Part shown: piece by piece, positions 50,441 through 63,104 of the stretch
How positions within the stretch are numbered: the first letter of the stretch is position 1
How the letters are laid out: every line of letters begins with the position of its first letter
Origin: Octopus sinensis
Taxonomy: Eukaryota
Reading direction: 5' to 3'
Assembly: GCF_006345805.1 (NCBI RefSeq)
Contig: NC_042998.1
Location: forward strand, 31,124,001-31,188,000
DNA: 64,000 bases
Made by a program: the position numbers and the translations under genes
The notes under the pieces: model-generated
Seen by the model: only the letters and a program-made list of their open reading frames with translations
What the model was told of the DNA's origin: nothing
The model's database searches: none

Positions 50441-50516
50441 CTATGTACTAATTAGTTTCACTTGTTAATAATTTACGTATATGAATACATAAACATCTGC
50501 AAGATCATCAGCATAG
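50441..50516 (-). ncRNA. Type I hammerhead ribozyme motif, core intact, in a repeat homologous to 8020-8190
   Basis: CUAUG CUGAUGA UCUUG...CAAGU GAAA CUAAUUA GUA / CAUAG; the repeat starts TATAGACGTC at 50321, as at 8020. Confidence 0.8.
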
Positions 50517-50944
50517 TCAGATAGTCATAGGAGAGGAAGAGGAGAAGAAAGTTTATTAAGATCTGCTAGAGTAACAGAAGCTCTTAATTATTTAGCCAGT
50601 AATATCCACATGGATATATTGCATTGAAATAAAATTTCCTCTGGTTGCCAAACAGAATACCTAGACATTAAAACAAAAAATTTGGTGATTCTGTTTAGCA
50701 ATTCCATTTTCTGACCACTTGGCACAAATAAAAGCTAAAATTCTACCTTCCAGCAGTCGCACATATCTTTTAGAGTCACTGATTTAGCTTTCAGAAAGCA
50801 ATCTCATCAAAAGCATTTGTCTTGGTGAATATGTTACTTAATCTTATAATTTGTTTAGTATCTGTTACCTGTGGGGCATATCAGGTGAGCATGAGCTTAT
50901 TGCACATAAAATGCAGTTCAATTATCTGGAATAAGTAATACCTA

Positions 50945-51146
50945 CTAGCACTAGCATAGCTAGAGTGTGTGCCACCTGGAGCAACCTTGGCACTAGCGTA
51001 GCTAGAGTGTGTGCCGCCCGGGGCAGCCCTTCCATTTGCCACCCCTGGACCCTACAAAAACACATTGCCTACAGTAATAGCCTACAACAGGATGAAAAGT
51101 GCCGCTACAGGGGGGGGTATACCCCTACCACCCTCGCTATTCTAGT
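50945..51146. mobile_element. hAT-like MITE remnant with a tandemly duplicated left end
   Basis: GCACTAGC(A/G)TAGCTAGAGTGTGTGCC occurs twice about 42 bp apart; degenerate right TIR CTCGCTATTCTAGTG. Confidence 0.5.
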
Positions 51147-51260
51147 GCCTACTGGTAGTTTAATATTGAGTACTTAGAGAAATCTGCTCAGTATGTGAAG
51201 TATTCATGGAGCCACTATGCAAATACATGCTGTCATAAACTCTTCAAGTGGAAAGTTTAA

Positions 51261-51453
51261 CCCTTTCATTACTGTATTTATTTTGAGATGCTCTGTGTTT
51301 CTTTCAATTACTTCAAATATAACAAAGAATTTAGTAAAATAACTTAGCTATCATTGAGCTAGTGTTAGTTTGGTGAAAAATTTTAATTCAAAACTTATGA
51401 AAACAAGACATTTGTACTCAGAGCTGGTTTCAGCCGGGTTGGTAATGAAAGGG
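51261..51453. mobile_element. piggyBac-like MITE
   Basis: TTAA|CCCTTTCATTAC...GGTAATGAAAGGG|TTAA. Confidence 0.87.
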
Positions 51454-53849
51454 TTAATAAAATGAATGGTTTCCAACATAAGTATGAAAGTTAGAGAAAC
51501 AGATATAAGTCAAAGCATAGAAATGGGAATAAGATTGGATGTTTTTTTTCTCTGTATTTTATTCACCCATTCTATTATCATTTATCTTTTACCTGCTTTG
51601 TTCATTGTATTGCAACCATGCTGGGGCACTGCCTTGAAGGATTTAGTTAAGCAAATCAATGCTAGTACTTATTCTATTGGCCTTTTTTGCTGAACTGCTA
51701 AGTTAAGGGGATGTAAACAAGCCAACACCAATTGTCAAGCAGTGGTGTAGGAACAAACACATACATGCACACGCACGCACGCACACACACACACACACAA
51801 ACACGCATACACACAAATACATGCATACACACAAATACAGGCATACACACAAACCACAAACACACACAGAACAGTCTTCTTTCAATTTCTATCTACCAAC
51901 TCTACTTATAAGGCTTTAGTCAGTCTGATGCTATAGTAGAAGACACTTTCCCAAGTTGTCACAGAACCCAGATTTTATTAAGCCATCCACTATGAAATTG
52001 AGCAAAGACTGGAAGTAACAAAACATGCCAAAAGAGTCAGCAATTGGACCAATTTACCTTTAGAAGAAAAGTTATTTCATCAATGAAAATATGCTTCATA
52101 AACTTTAAAAACAAACATATCAAGCTAATCAGGTTAATATTTTATTTTCAATGAACAAAATTATCATTATCAGAGAGAATATTTGACCAAGAATAGAACA
52201 TTTAACATCGGAAGAATTTGACAAAATATCTCAAACTAACTGTAAGAGAATTTGCATTCATAAGAAATTGAATGATCTATTTCTCTGCATTTGTACTAAA
52301 TAATGAATATTTCATAACTGACATACTATTAATTACAACAAGTGTTCCAGTTGAACTGATCAATGGAACAGCCTGCTCATGAAATTAATATGCAAGTGGC
52401 TGACCATCCCACAGATGGGCGTAGTTCTCAGGGAGAGTCTGTGTAACACAGAATGTGAAAAGGCTGACTGTTTGAATTATAAGTGCAACTGGTTTTTTTA
52501 CTCACTGAGTGGACTGAAGCAAAGTGAAATAAAGTGTCTTGCTCAAGAACACAATGCACCACCAAGGATCAAACTCACAATCTTATCATCATAAGCCAAA
52601 TATCCTAGCCATTAAATCACTAAACCACACACAAAATGCATCTTGTTTGTTGAGAATAGTGGAGTCAACCAAATTACTGCTTGTATTTATTTTATGAATC
52701 ACAGAAGAATAATAGAATAAAGACTAATTTTGTTCCATTAGAGTAGAAACTCAGAATGCAGAGTGACAAATTTAAGCACTATAAAATAATTAGTATGAGA
52801 CCATCATTCCTGCTTCTATGTACAATAACAATTTTAGTAGGATTGCATTTTTTAAAGCTTTAATTTTATGGTGCAGGAGTCATTATATATTGATAAATCA
52901 AACATGAAATACATGAAATGTTAGAACAAAAATGATACAGGTCAATGCTTTTTTCCAACCCACATATCTTTTCCAAACCTACACATTTACATCCTACACA
53001 CCTCTTCTACATTCCCGGAAAAGAAAAGAGAGGAATAAAAAACTGTAATTCAACACTGTTTGTTTTAAAATTGATGAAAATCTGAAGCAGACATTTCAGT
53101 ATGTGACAATCATTGCATTTTATAGATTTAAACTTTGATCTGTAATGTTAATTGAGTGAATCGCAAACACTATTAGCTTTATATATTGTACTGATAAAAT
53201 TCCTGATATTGATGAAAAGTTGGTAACATATGTTAAGATGTTTGTTAATTCTAATGATTCATTTATTCAATATTAATGTTAACATTAGAGAAATATTTTT
53301 TTAAGGCTACCTTAAAGCATCAAGGAGTCAAAGATACAATGTAGATGTCTACTGTTAAAAGGTTCAGGTTCACAAATTCCTTACAAGTTGAACTTGCTAA
53401 ACAGAAACTGTGTGGAAACCTGTCTTATTCAAATATAAAAGGATTGCATGCACTAGACCAGAAAATATATTTTACAATATTCCATTTAAACTCTATTTTT
53501 GAAGATCAATCAAATATAACATTTATGCCCTCTCATGCTATTTTGTTAGATTTTTATTGTGCCCTCTCATGCTATCATTTTACATGTAAGAACTTTCATT
53601 TTTAGCATCAGGAATATGTTAAGGTGGACTAATTATTGGCTCTAGTTTATTTATCTATCTATCTTATCTTGTACAAACAATGGTGTTTACCGTATGCTCC
53701 TTTTCCGGTAGACATGGCAAGTGAGATTATTTATCAGCACTATTTTATCTATTCTGACATTGTAGAAGCAATGGAGCATACCACATCCTCTTCTGGTAGA
53801 GATGTGAAGTGAAAGTATGGCTGTAAATTAAATGCAAGATAACTTATAT

Positions 53850-56675
53850 GAACTTATATCTGGCAAACATCCATGCAAACTTTTCCAGATGCAGAATCCT
53901 CTTCCTCACCTTTAGAATTGCACACTCAATGTAGGTACATCTAGTGAGAGTGTCCCAATGCTGGAATGAAGTGTGTAGATACAAGCTACATTCAAGGAGT
54001 AAGATGGATAGGCATTTCAGCCACATTCCTCATAGGCAAAGAACATAAGTATAAAATCATCTGGCTAGATAATAGTGATGATGGTATGGGTATACTTCTT
54101 GCTAAGAAAAGGGTCAATAAGGCAATTAAGGAAGTCAAAGTGTGTGATAGGATACTTAAGCTTAGACTAGTTTTGCAAAGTGAGACAGTAACTACTATTT
54201 CTGTTTACACTCCTCAACTGGGGCTGCCAGATGAACAGAAAGATTAATTTTATGAAACCTTTTTGCAGACTATCTTGTGAACAAATGACAAAGACATGGC
54301 TGATGACCTCAATGGATATATTGGGCAGCATCTGGATGGCTTCCATGGGGTGCACAAGGACTAAGGAGTCAAATCTCAAAATGAGGGGGAATCTAGACTG
54401 CTGGAGTCCTGTGATGCAAATGACCTCAAGATCTGTAATGTTAACTTCAGTTAACCAACCAATCATCTGTTCACTTATAAAACTGGTGATCACACAAGCC
54501 AGATTGACTACATTCTCACCAGAAAAGCAAGAAAGGTAGTTAATTATTAATGCAAAATCCTTCCCAAGTGAAGAGTTGTTAGTGACTTCAGTTTCAGGGC
54601 TAGAAGGGGTCCATGAAGTAAATCAGTCTGGAAAAGCAAGATCTGGAAGCTCAAGTAGCCTCAGAGTAGTCAGAGATTTAGAGACATATTCAGTGAAGCA
54701 TTTGATGAGAAGGGGATACTAGTATATAATATAGAGGATACCTGGAGGTTCTCATGGGATGACTTAATGAGGGCCACCAAATTTGCAACTGGTGCAAACT
54801 CCTCTCCAGACTTAAGGTGAAATGGTGGTGGAACAGGGAAATAGACAGGGCCATCAGAGCAAAGGAATGGGCCTGGAAGAACAGAGAGAGTAGCAGTAAC
54901 AGGGTACTATATCAGATAGCTAGAAGGGAGGCTAGGAGATAAGTATATTTATCCAGGGAAGAAGAAAGGAAGAAGTTTACCAATGTTCTGTGGAATGAAG
55001 ACTAGTAGCTCAAGATGTTTCAGATTGCAAGACAGTGTGTGAGAAAATTGTGATGCAGTACAAGAGAAGTGTATGCACATGGATGAGGGTTCACTTGCAG
55101 TTAGTAATTCTACAAAGAAAGAGGCATGGAAATACCATTATGAAAGGCAAGCTGCTAAATATTAGCCAAGAAAAAATCTTTGTACTTGGCTTTTGTTAAC
55201 TAGGAGAAAGCCTTTCACAGGACCCCTCACTACCTCATTTGGTGGTCAATGTAAAGGCTAGGGATTGATGAATGGTTGGTGGGAGCTGCAAAACTCATAT
55301 ACATGGATGCTGTAAGGTGAAGGCCAGTAATGAGTATAGCAATGAATTTAGTGTACAAGAAAGAGTTCTCTAATGATCAGTTCTCAGGCTCCTCTTGTTT
55401 ATCATAGTAATCCAGGTTATAACAGAGGGATTCAAGATTGGCTGCCCTTAGAAGCTCCTCTATGCTAATGACCTTGTTTATATAGATAAATCCCTACCAG
55501 AACTTGAGAGAAGATTTCAGGTGTGGAAGCAAGGTTTAGAATCCAAGAGTTAATTTAGCAAACACCAAAGTCCTAGTAAGTAGGAAAACAGACAAATCAC
55601 ATACCCCTTCAGAGAGAGATGGTCCTGCTCAATATGTCAAAAAGGGGTTGGTAGAAATTCCATACAGTGTACCTTGAAAGGTGTTGATAGAAATTCCATA
55701 TGGTGTAAATAAGAGGTGCAGTGATATCACAAGAAAGTTAATAGAGAAAGTAATCTTTGTATGTAGCAGATGTGTGGGTAATATAAACACTAAGAATGAA
55801 CAGAGAATCAACTTCCTCAAATGTCCGAAGGTTAAGGTCCTTAGAAGTAGTAGATGGTTTCCCTTACCTAGGTAACCAAGTTATCAGTGGAGGAAAATGT
55901 TCTGAAACTGTAGTTGCTAGAATAAGAACAGGCTGGGCAAAATTCAGAGAGCTCCTACCTTTGTTGTAACAAAGAGCCTCGCCCTCAAAGTGAAAGGCAG
56001 ATTGTATGATGCCCATGTGTGAACAGCTATGCTGCATGACAGTGAAACTTGGGCTATGATTACAGAGAACCTGCAAAAATTTGAAAGAGATGGAGCCAGC
56101 ATGTTCCACTGTATGGTTAGTGTTATTATGGATATATGACAGTGTATAAAGAGAAAAATTGGTACAAAAGGCATCAGATGATGCATGTAAAAGAGAAGAT
56201 TGCACTGGTATGGTCACATGATGCATATGGAAGTGCTGATCTCTAATTGTAGATGGAAGCTGTAGAAGAGATAGACCCAGGAAGACATAGGATGAAGCAG
56301 TGAGAAAGGATCTCCAGATATTGGGCTCCAATGAGGAGATGACTTCTGGTAATTTACTGTACTTCAAAAGACATGTCAAGTTAAATAAAACTCTGGCCAT
56401 CCATGCATACAAATGGGTTCTTTATGGCATGTGTCAGTACTTCATAAAAAGCATTTGTGTTGGTGCCTCATAAATAGCACAAATGCCAGTGTCACATAAA
56501 AGCATTCATGCCAGTACCACATACAAAGCACCTAGTACACTCAGTAGAGTGGTTAGCATTAGGAAGGGCATCTAGCCATTGAAACCATGCCAAAACAAAT
56601 GACTGGAGCCTGGGCAGCTACTATCAAACCATCCAACTCATGCCAGCATGGAAAACAGACATATGATGATGGTGA
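53850..56675 (+). mobile_element. Near full-length decayed RTE-clade LINE (APE endonuclease + RT + 3' UTR tail)
   Basis: FRIATLNVGT-like, YIQGVRW, GMGILLAKK, TISVYTPQ, QIDYIL, LLYANDL and RIRTGWAKFRELLPLL motifs with many stops; tail CATGGAAAACAGAC...GATGATG. Confidence 0.9.
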
Positions 56676-58529
56676 TTGTGAAGAATTAAATCCCCAAACA
56701 CTGAACTTCTTGTATTTCTGTTTGTATGTGAAAATAAAAACCTAAAAACTTTTGATTATTCTTTGTAGTTCTGGATCCTCAAAATAAGTTACTGATCTAG
56801 TGAGAGGGTATATTTAATTATATTAAACTGACTATTTGGCTAGTTTTTATTTAATCAACTATGGAAGGTTGATAAAATAAGTACTGCCAAAGCTGACTTT
56901 CGCAGTATTTGAAATCAGCATGTTTTCCAATACTCCGCTAATTTTGCTTTTCATTGCCATTGGATCCTAGGAATATTAAAATGTATTTAAAGCTAACTAG
57001 ATATTTCACTATTTTCTTCCAAACAAAACTTTACCAAATGTTCTGCAGATCAAAAATATACATCAACTTGACAAACCAGCAAGTGAGTCTGTGCAGTCAA
57101 ATGACTTATAAGATATAGCAACCAAATCTCCCATAATTCTCTTACAAAAACATTACAGATGCTCTAGGCAATGTAACCATTGATATCCAAAACCTAGACA
57201 GTTAAGGCCTGAATGACTTTGATCAAAGATCTGCTTTGTCAGGGCTGACCAAGTGCAGCAACAATATTTAATTTGAAATTAACATTTCTGTTTGGCATTA
57301 TGAAAATATTTTCAGTATATCTAATGAGATTTTAATTTTATTCCTCCAAAATGAAGTAAATGAGTCTCTCAGTCAGTTTTGAAACTGTGTTCAATTATTC
57401 AATGAACTGAATGACATATTAAGTTAGCATAAAAGTGACTGAATATTCCTTACACACGTGTAGCTCTAATATATTCTCAGGTAGAATCAGAGTGACATAT
57501 GTGACAAGACTGAACATTACAGAAACAATCCATCCAACACATTTCTATACATCTAATTTTACTCAAAAAGTTGTATCAAGCAAAACTATAGCAAAAGATA
57601 CTTGCCCAAAATGGCACATTGGGAGATCAAATGTGGGACCTCATAGCTGCAAAATAAATTTTTCAACCATTTAGTCACACTGCATCCTCTGAAGCAATCA
57701 ATCAATAAATTATGACATCAGTAAAACCCTAAGTGCAAAGAGGGAACATTATATTATTGTGGTGGATGATCATTCAAAGTACCTTTACTTTAGTAAGTAC
57801 ATAGTTCTTAGGCTTTAGGAATTTGGCTGTTTTTAGATCTTCATCTGCCAATGCTTCAGCAACATAGCTGTGTTTCATCTACAAAAATCAAAATTTCACT
57901 CCTTGAATTCATCATATAAAAGGGACCCCAATCATATCAAGTATGCTACTGAGGTAAACATTTACATATCATTCAGAAAAGATATTTGTGTTTATGTGGG
58001 ACTGAAGCTGATATTAGATTTACTGACAGCATTATCTCATGAGAGATTACATTCATTTGTTTTTATTTTCCATACTTTCCAGTATGGCTTTATTTAAATA
58101 ATGTTAGCTTTCATCCACTTTCACCTGTATAAATTTTCCATCTATGCATGTTCTACTATATAAGAATACTCAACTTTTCCACAGATGGTATCTCACTGGT
58201 ATGATTTCAATCTACTCCTAAAATTCATTGTTGCTACGTATTTGTGAGAGAACTACTTATAGTAAGATATTTGTTGATTAGCTAGGTCAGCTTTTATCAA
58301 GAATACCTATCACATAAGATGTTCCAATCATGATCATTTTGCCTATTTATCCAAGACTACATTACCCAATGTGCCCTTCAAATTTGAAGATGTACGGTAT
58401 GATCTAAGACAAATTTGGCAACAGGGTGAGTGGTTATGCTATGGTATTCCTTGTTGGTTGTAGTAAAAAAGAAAATGAAGTGTATTAAGCTTTTAGCATA
58501 TTTAGTTGGAAAACTGTAGGTGTATGTTA

Positions 58530-59340
58530 AGGATGTCTATTCTTGTCTACCCTCTTCAAAATCTTCTTGAAAAGCATCACATCAAATGCATTCAAAGACC
58601 ATGAAGGTACAAGTGAGTATTGGATACTATTGCCTTGGCAGACATAAAAACAGAGCTAGAAAACTTGGTGAAACATCTACATAGTACTTCAAAAGCATAC
58701 AGTATGGAAACAAATGCAGAGGAAACCAAAATCCAATTCGACAATAACACAGAAAGCACGACAAATGACATCACTGCGAATGGACAAACATCAGAAGCCA
58801 TCAGCAAGTTCAAACAGCTAAGAACTATCATCTCTAATGAAGGATCAAGACCAAAAATCCTCTCACAGGAAATGATGGTGCTTGCAAAATGCAGGCCAAT
58901 CTGGAAAGATAGAAATAATAGGCTTTGCACAAAATTCAGACTGATGCATTGACTTGTGATTTCCATCTTTCTATAGACCTGCAAGGACAATAACAACAGA
59001 ACTGGGAAAAAATGGCAAGTGTAATGGAGATGAGATACAGAAGGCTGTTAGGTATCCCATACACAGAACACATGACGAATAATGAAGTGAGGATGAGAAT
59101 AAACCAGGCTGTTGGACCACACAGCTATCTACTGATAATTGTAAAGACAGGAAAACAGAAACGGTATGGCCATGTCATAAGAAGTTCAAACCTAACAAAG
59201 ACAATCCTGCAAGCCATAGTGGAAAGTGGACAAAAACAAGGTGAGCCAAAAACAAGATGGGCTTGTAATATCATAGAGTGGACAGCAACATTAGTGAATG
59301 CTCACACAGTCAAGGGATAGGATAAATAGATGGAAAATCT
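58530..59340 (+). mobile_element. RTE/BovB-like LINE 3' RT fragment, another subfamily
   Basis: YSMETNAEETKI, SEGSRPKILS, MRYRRLLGIPYTEHMTNNEV and RYGHVIRS...KTILQ. Confidence 0.82.
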
Positions 59341-61299
59341 AGAGAGCACTGGTATTACTCTGAATAATTAATATGTAAAGCAACATATTTTATTCTGAAG
59401 AAGTTTTTAACTAATGTGCAAGGTCAGAAACTTGGGGAATGGGCTTAGTAAACTAAATCAATTTCTGTAACTGAGAGGTACTTTATTTTATCAACTCCAG
59501 CTGGATAAAAAGCCAAGTTGACCTTGGCAGGATTTGAACTCATACTATTTATTCTGAATAATTCACATTGAGTTGGATCAAGTGGAAGATAATGTTTCAT
59601 TAAAAAATCTCCTTTCAATATATATATCAGTTTCAATTTTGGCATAAGGCCAGCAAGTTTGGTGAAGAGGCTAAATAAATTGAATCAATCCCAGTGTTCA
59701 ACTGGTATTTATTTCATCAACCCCAAAAGAATGAAAGGCAAAGTTGACCCTAACTGAATTTGAACTCAGAGCATAAAGATGAATGAAATGCTACTAAGCA
59801 TTTCACCCAGCATGCTAATGATTCTGCCAACTCACCACCTTTCCAATACAAAATATATCAATTATTTGCAAATCTTGTTATCTTGCAGAAACATTAGAAT
59901 ATGAGACAAAAATGTCTTGTGATATTTAGTTACAGCTCTTTACATTCAGAGTTAAAATCCCACCAAAGTCAACTTGTCCTTACATCCTTCCAGAAGTGAT
60001 AAACTAAATATTGGGATTAATGTAACAACAATACTAACCACCCCACATTTGCCTAAGTAAGAAATCAATATCTATATTAGAACAGCATATGGTCAAAATT
60101 CTTTTTGATATCTTTTTATTTTCAAGGAAGATGTTAAAGTTACTTGAATTAACCTTTTAGTATTTAAATTGACCATATCTGGCCAAAATACTCTTCTCAT
60201 TTTGATGTTCAAACTGGCCATATCTAACCTACTCTACAATGACATTCTAAAAATAAACAATTACATTAGTGAAATCTCAAAGCTCTGAGATAACGCCTAA
60301 TTAATTCAAAACATTCATCATAATCATCATTTAATGCCTGCTTTCCATGCTGGCATGAGTTGGATGGTTTGACTGAGGACTAGCAAGCCAGAAGGCTACA
60401 CTAGGTTCCAATTTGATCTGGCAAGATTTGTACAGCTGGATGCCCTTCCTAACGCCAACCACCCTGAGAGTGTAGCGGTGCTTTTTACGTGCCACTGGCA
60501 TGAGGGCCAGTCAAGTGGCACTGGCATTGACCACATTTGTATGGTACGTTTTATGTACCACTGGCACAGGAGCCAGTCTGGAGGGACTGGCATCGACCAC
60601 GCTCAATTCCTCAGTCAAACCATCCAAGTGAATAAATATGCATTACATGTGACAGAATACTAAAGATTTAACACTGGTACATTACTAGCACTTATTAGAG
60701 TACACAGATTGCTAAGATCAGTAAATGTTATGAGGAGTTTTTCTTAAATGTTCCTTAAATTTCATCTGAATTTAATCATATATCTTTTATGCTAAATAAA
60801 TAAATATCCTTTCAAATATGAGTAGAACTAGAATATTACCCTTCATATGACAGTAATGTTAGGAATATACTTTTGCTATGGCTCTCAACTGACAAAAAGT
60901 TACACATCCTCAATATTAATCCCCACTCCCAGTTGAGGGGTTTTTATCTTGCAAGGTAATTGAGTATAAAAGTGAAAGAATAATCATTGAATACTGAAAA
61001 AAACATTCATCTCCCCTAACCCTTAATAAAATATGGGAAAAGATGGAGATGAATGTTTTGAAAACATTCTGAACTTTCAGAATGGTTTACTTTTCAATGA
61101 AATATCATTTTGTTATTTTTCATGTTTTTATTCAATTTATCTGCAATTTTCTTCTTGTATTAGATGGATAGCCCACCCACCATTTACAGCAAGTAGTGCG
61201 CGTCTCGTCTACCTGTGTGCCAAAATCGACTACTTACGAACAACGTGCTCGCATGCCCAAATTTGTGACATGCACACTCCCAGAACTTGGATCCACACT

Positions 61300-62260
61300 T
61301 CTCCAGTAGTGCCAAATTTTGGAACTGAGTTTGCACCCCCTAAGCAAATTTTGTTCCCGGGCCACTGAGGTGAAGCCTCGCTTAACTAAAACTTCTGTTT
61401 CATCAGTAATTAAATCTACTCAAGCTTTTGAAAGATTGAGTGTTGATTTTAAAGGACCCCTACCTTCAGTGTCAAAAAACCATTATTTTTTAACTGTTGT
61501 GGATGAGTATTCATGTTTTTCGTTTATTTTTCCATGAACTGATACTAGTGTTCATTCTGTTATTAGTAATTTGAAGGTTTTGTTTAATCTTTTCGGATTT
61601 CCTGCTGTTATTTATAGTGATAATGCTAAATGTTTTGTATCCAAAGAACTTAAACAATTTCTGTATGATAGGGGTATAGCAATTACTCATTCTACTGTGT
61701 ACAATCCTCGTGGAAATGCTCAATGTGAAAGGTATAATGGAGTAATATGGAATTCCATTAAATTGGCCTTACGTAGCAGAAATTTACCAGTTTCTCAATG
61801 GGAAGTCATGCTTCCAGAAGTTTTATATTCGCAACATTCATTATTATGCACAGTAACTAATTAGACCCCGCATGAGAGATTCTTTAAAATTCCTAGACGT
61901 TCTATCTGTGGTGTTTCTGTTCCTACTTGGTTAATGCAAGGACCTGACAAAGTATTTGTTAAACGACATGTATGCAATAAGTATGATCCATTAGTAAATG
62001 AAGCCCAATTGGTTCAAATTAACCCTAACCATGGGAGGGTACAGTACCCAGATGGTCGTGAAAGTACTGTGTTTATTAGAGATTTAGCCTCTACTGGCAA
62101 AATGACTGAGGAGTATCAGTTAAGTAAGGATCAAACTAATGTTGCTGACACCGATCCTACTCAAGTGCATGAATGCCATGGTGGTTTTCCAGATACCATG
62201 ATCGATTCTGTCCCACCTACACCAGCTCAAGAACCAGAACCTCAAACTACTTTGCACTAG
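61300..62260 (+). mobile_element. Ty3/Gypsy LTR retrotransposon integrase fragment (pseudogenised)
   Basis: FERLSVDFKGPLP, YFLTVVDEYS, IYSDNA, YNPRGNAQCERYNG, TPHERFF and DGRESTVFIRDLA; in-frame stops. Confidence 0.92.
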
Positions 62261-62426
62261 CGTTCATCCAGAACAAAAAAAAGTCCCTGATAGGTTAAAT
62301 TTATGATTGATGATGTGTTACGCTTATGAAAAGCCTCACTATTACATTGTTGTGATTGGCTCATGGTTATGTTTGTATTTTGCATTTTGTGGTTAATTGC
62401 TTGTGTTTCTTTAGCGGGGAAAAATA

Positions 62427-62694
62427 TGATTTTAGTTTTGATCATGTGATTTTGATTGTCTCAATTGCTGTTATATGCCTGCAGTGCGATTGCACGGAGT
62501 TCTATTCTGTTTGCAGACGACGTGTTCAGCGTTGATTTTAGTTAGTCTAGAATGTAGCAACTCACTGCATTAAAATGTTATTTCGTTGAAGTTTGGTTTT
62601 GCTTACAATTTAGCAATCTTTGTATTGTATATTGCTGTATTTTTAGTCAATTAAAACCTTTTAAACTTTGATATTCAAGTATGGGTTTATAACA
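62427..62694 (+). mobile_element. Candidate 3' LTR of the Gypsy element
   Basis: Polypurine-like AGCGGGGAAAAA at 62413-62424, TG start, ATTAAA at 62650, CA end; no second LTR copy to confirm. Confidence 0.55.
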
Positions 62695-63104
62695 CTCTCA
62701 AACAAACCCACTCACTGGGCTTTGGTCAGCCTAGAACTATAGTAGAAAACATTTGCTCAAGGTACCACACAATGGGACCAACCTGAAATCATGTGGTTAC
62801 TATAAAGCCATACACGTATATATAATAGGCATACATGCATGTAATGATGGGTACATTCATGCATGTATATGAAAAGCAGGAGTGTGTTGGCTGAATTGCG
62901 TTACACAAAATAAGTTGTATTTAGGTGCTGTACTTTATGTTCCGAGTTCAAATTAAGCTCACCCTTTGTCTTTCATTTTGATGGAATTGATGATATAAGA
63001 GTATCTCATACCAGAGTACATTTAATCAATTATATCCTCCTTTTAAAGAACGTGTAGTAATATGTCTTTTTTTTTATTGCATGGAAATATTGTGAAAAGT
63101 TGGC

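Noticed and set aside
53345-53605. 86-aa ORF and nearby - strand exon-like segments
   Set aside because: No recognisable domain, and the candidate splice-bounded frames contain stop codons.
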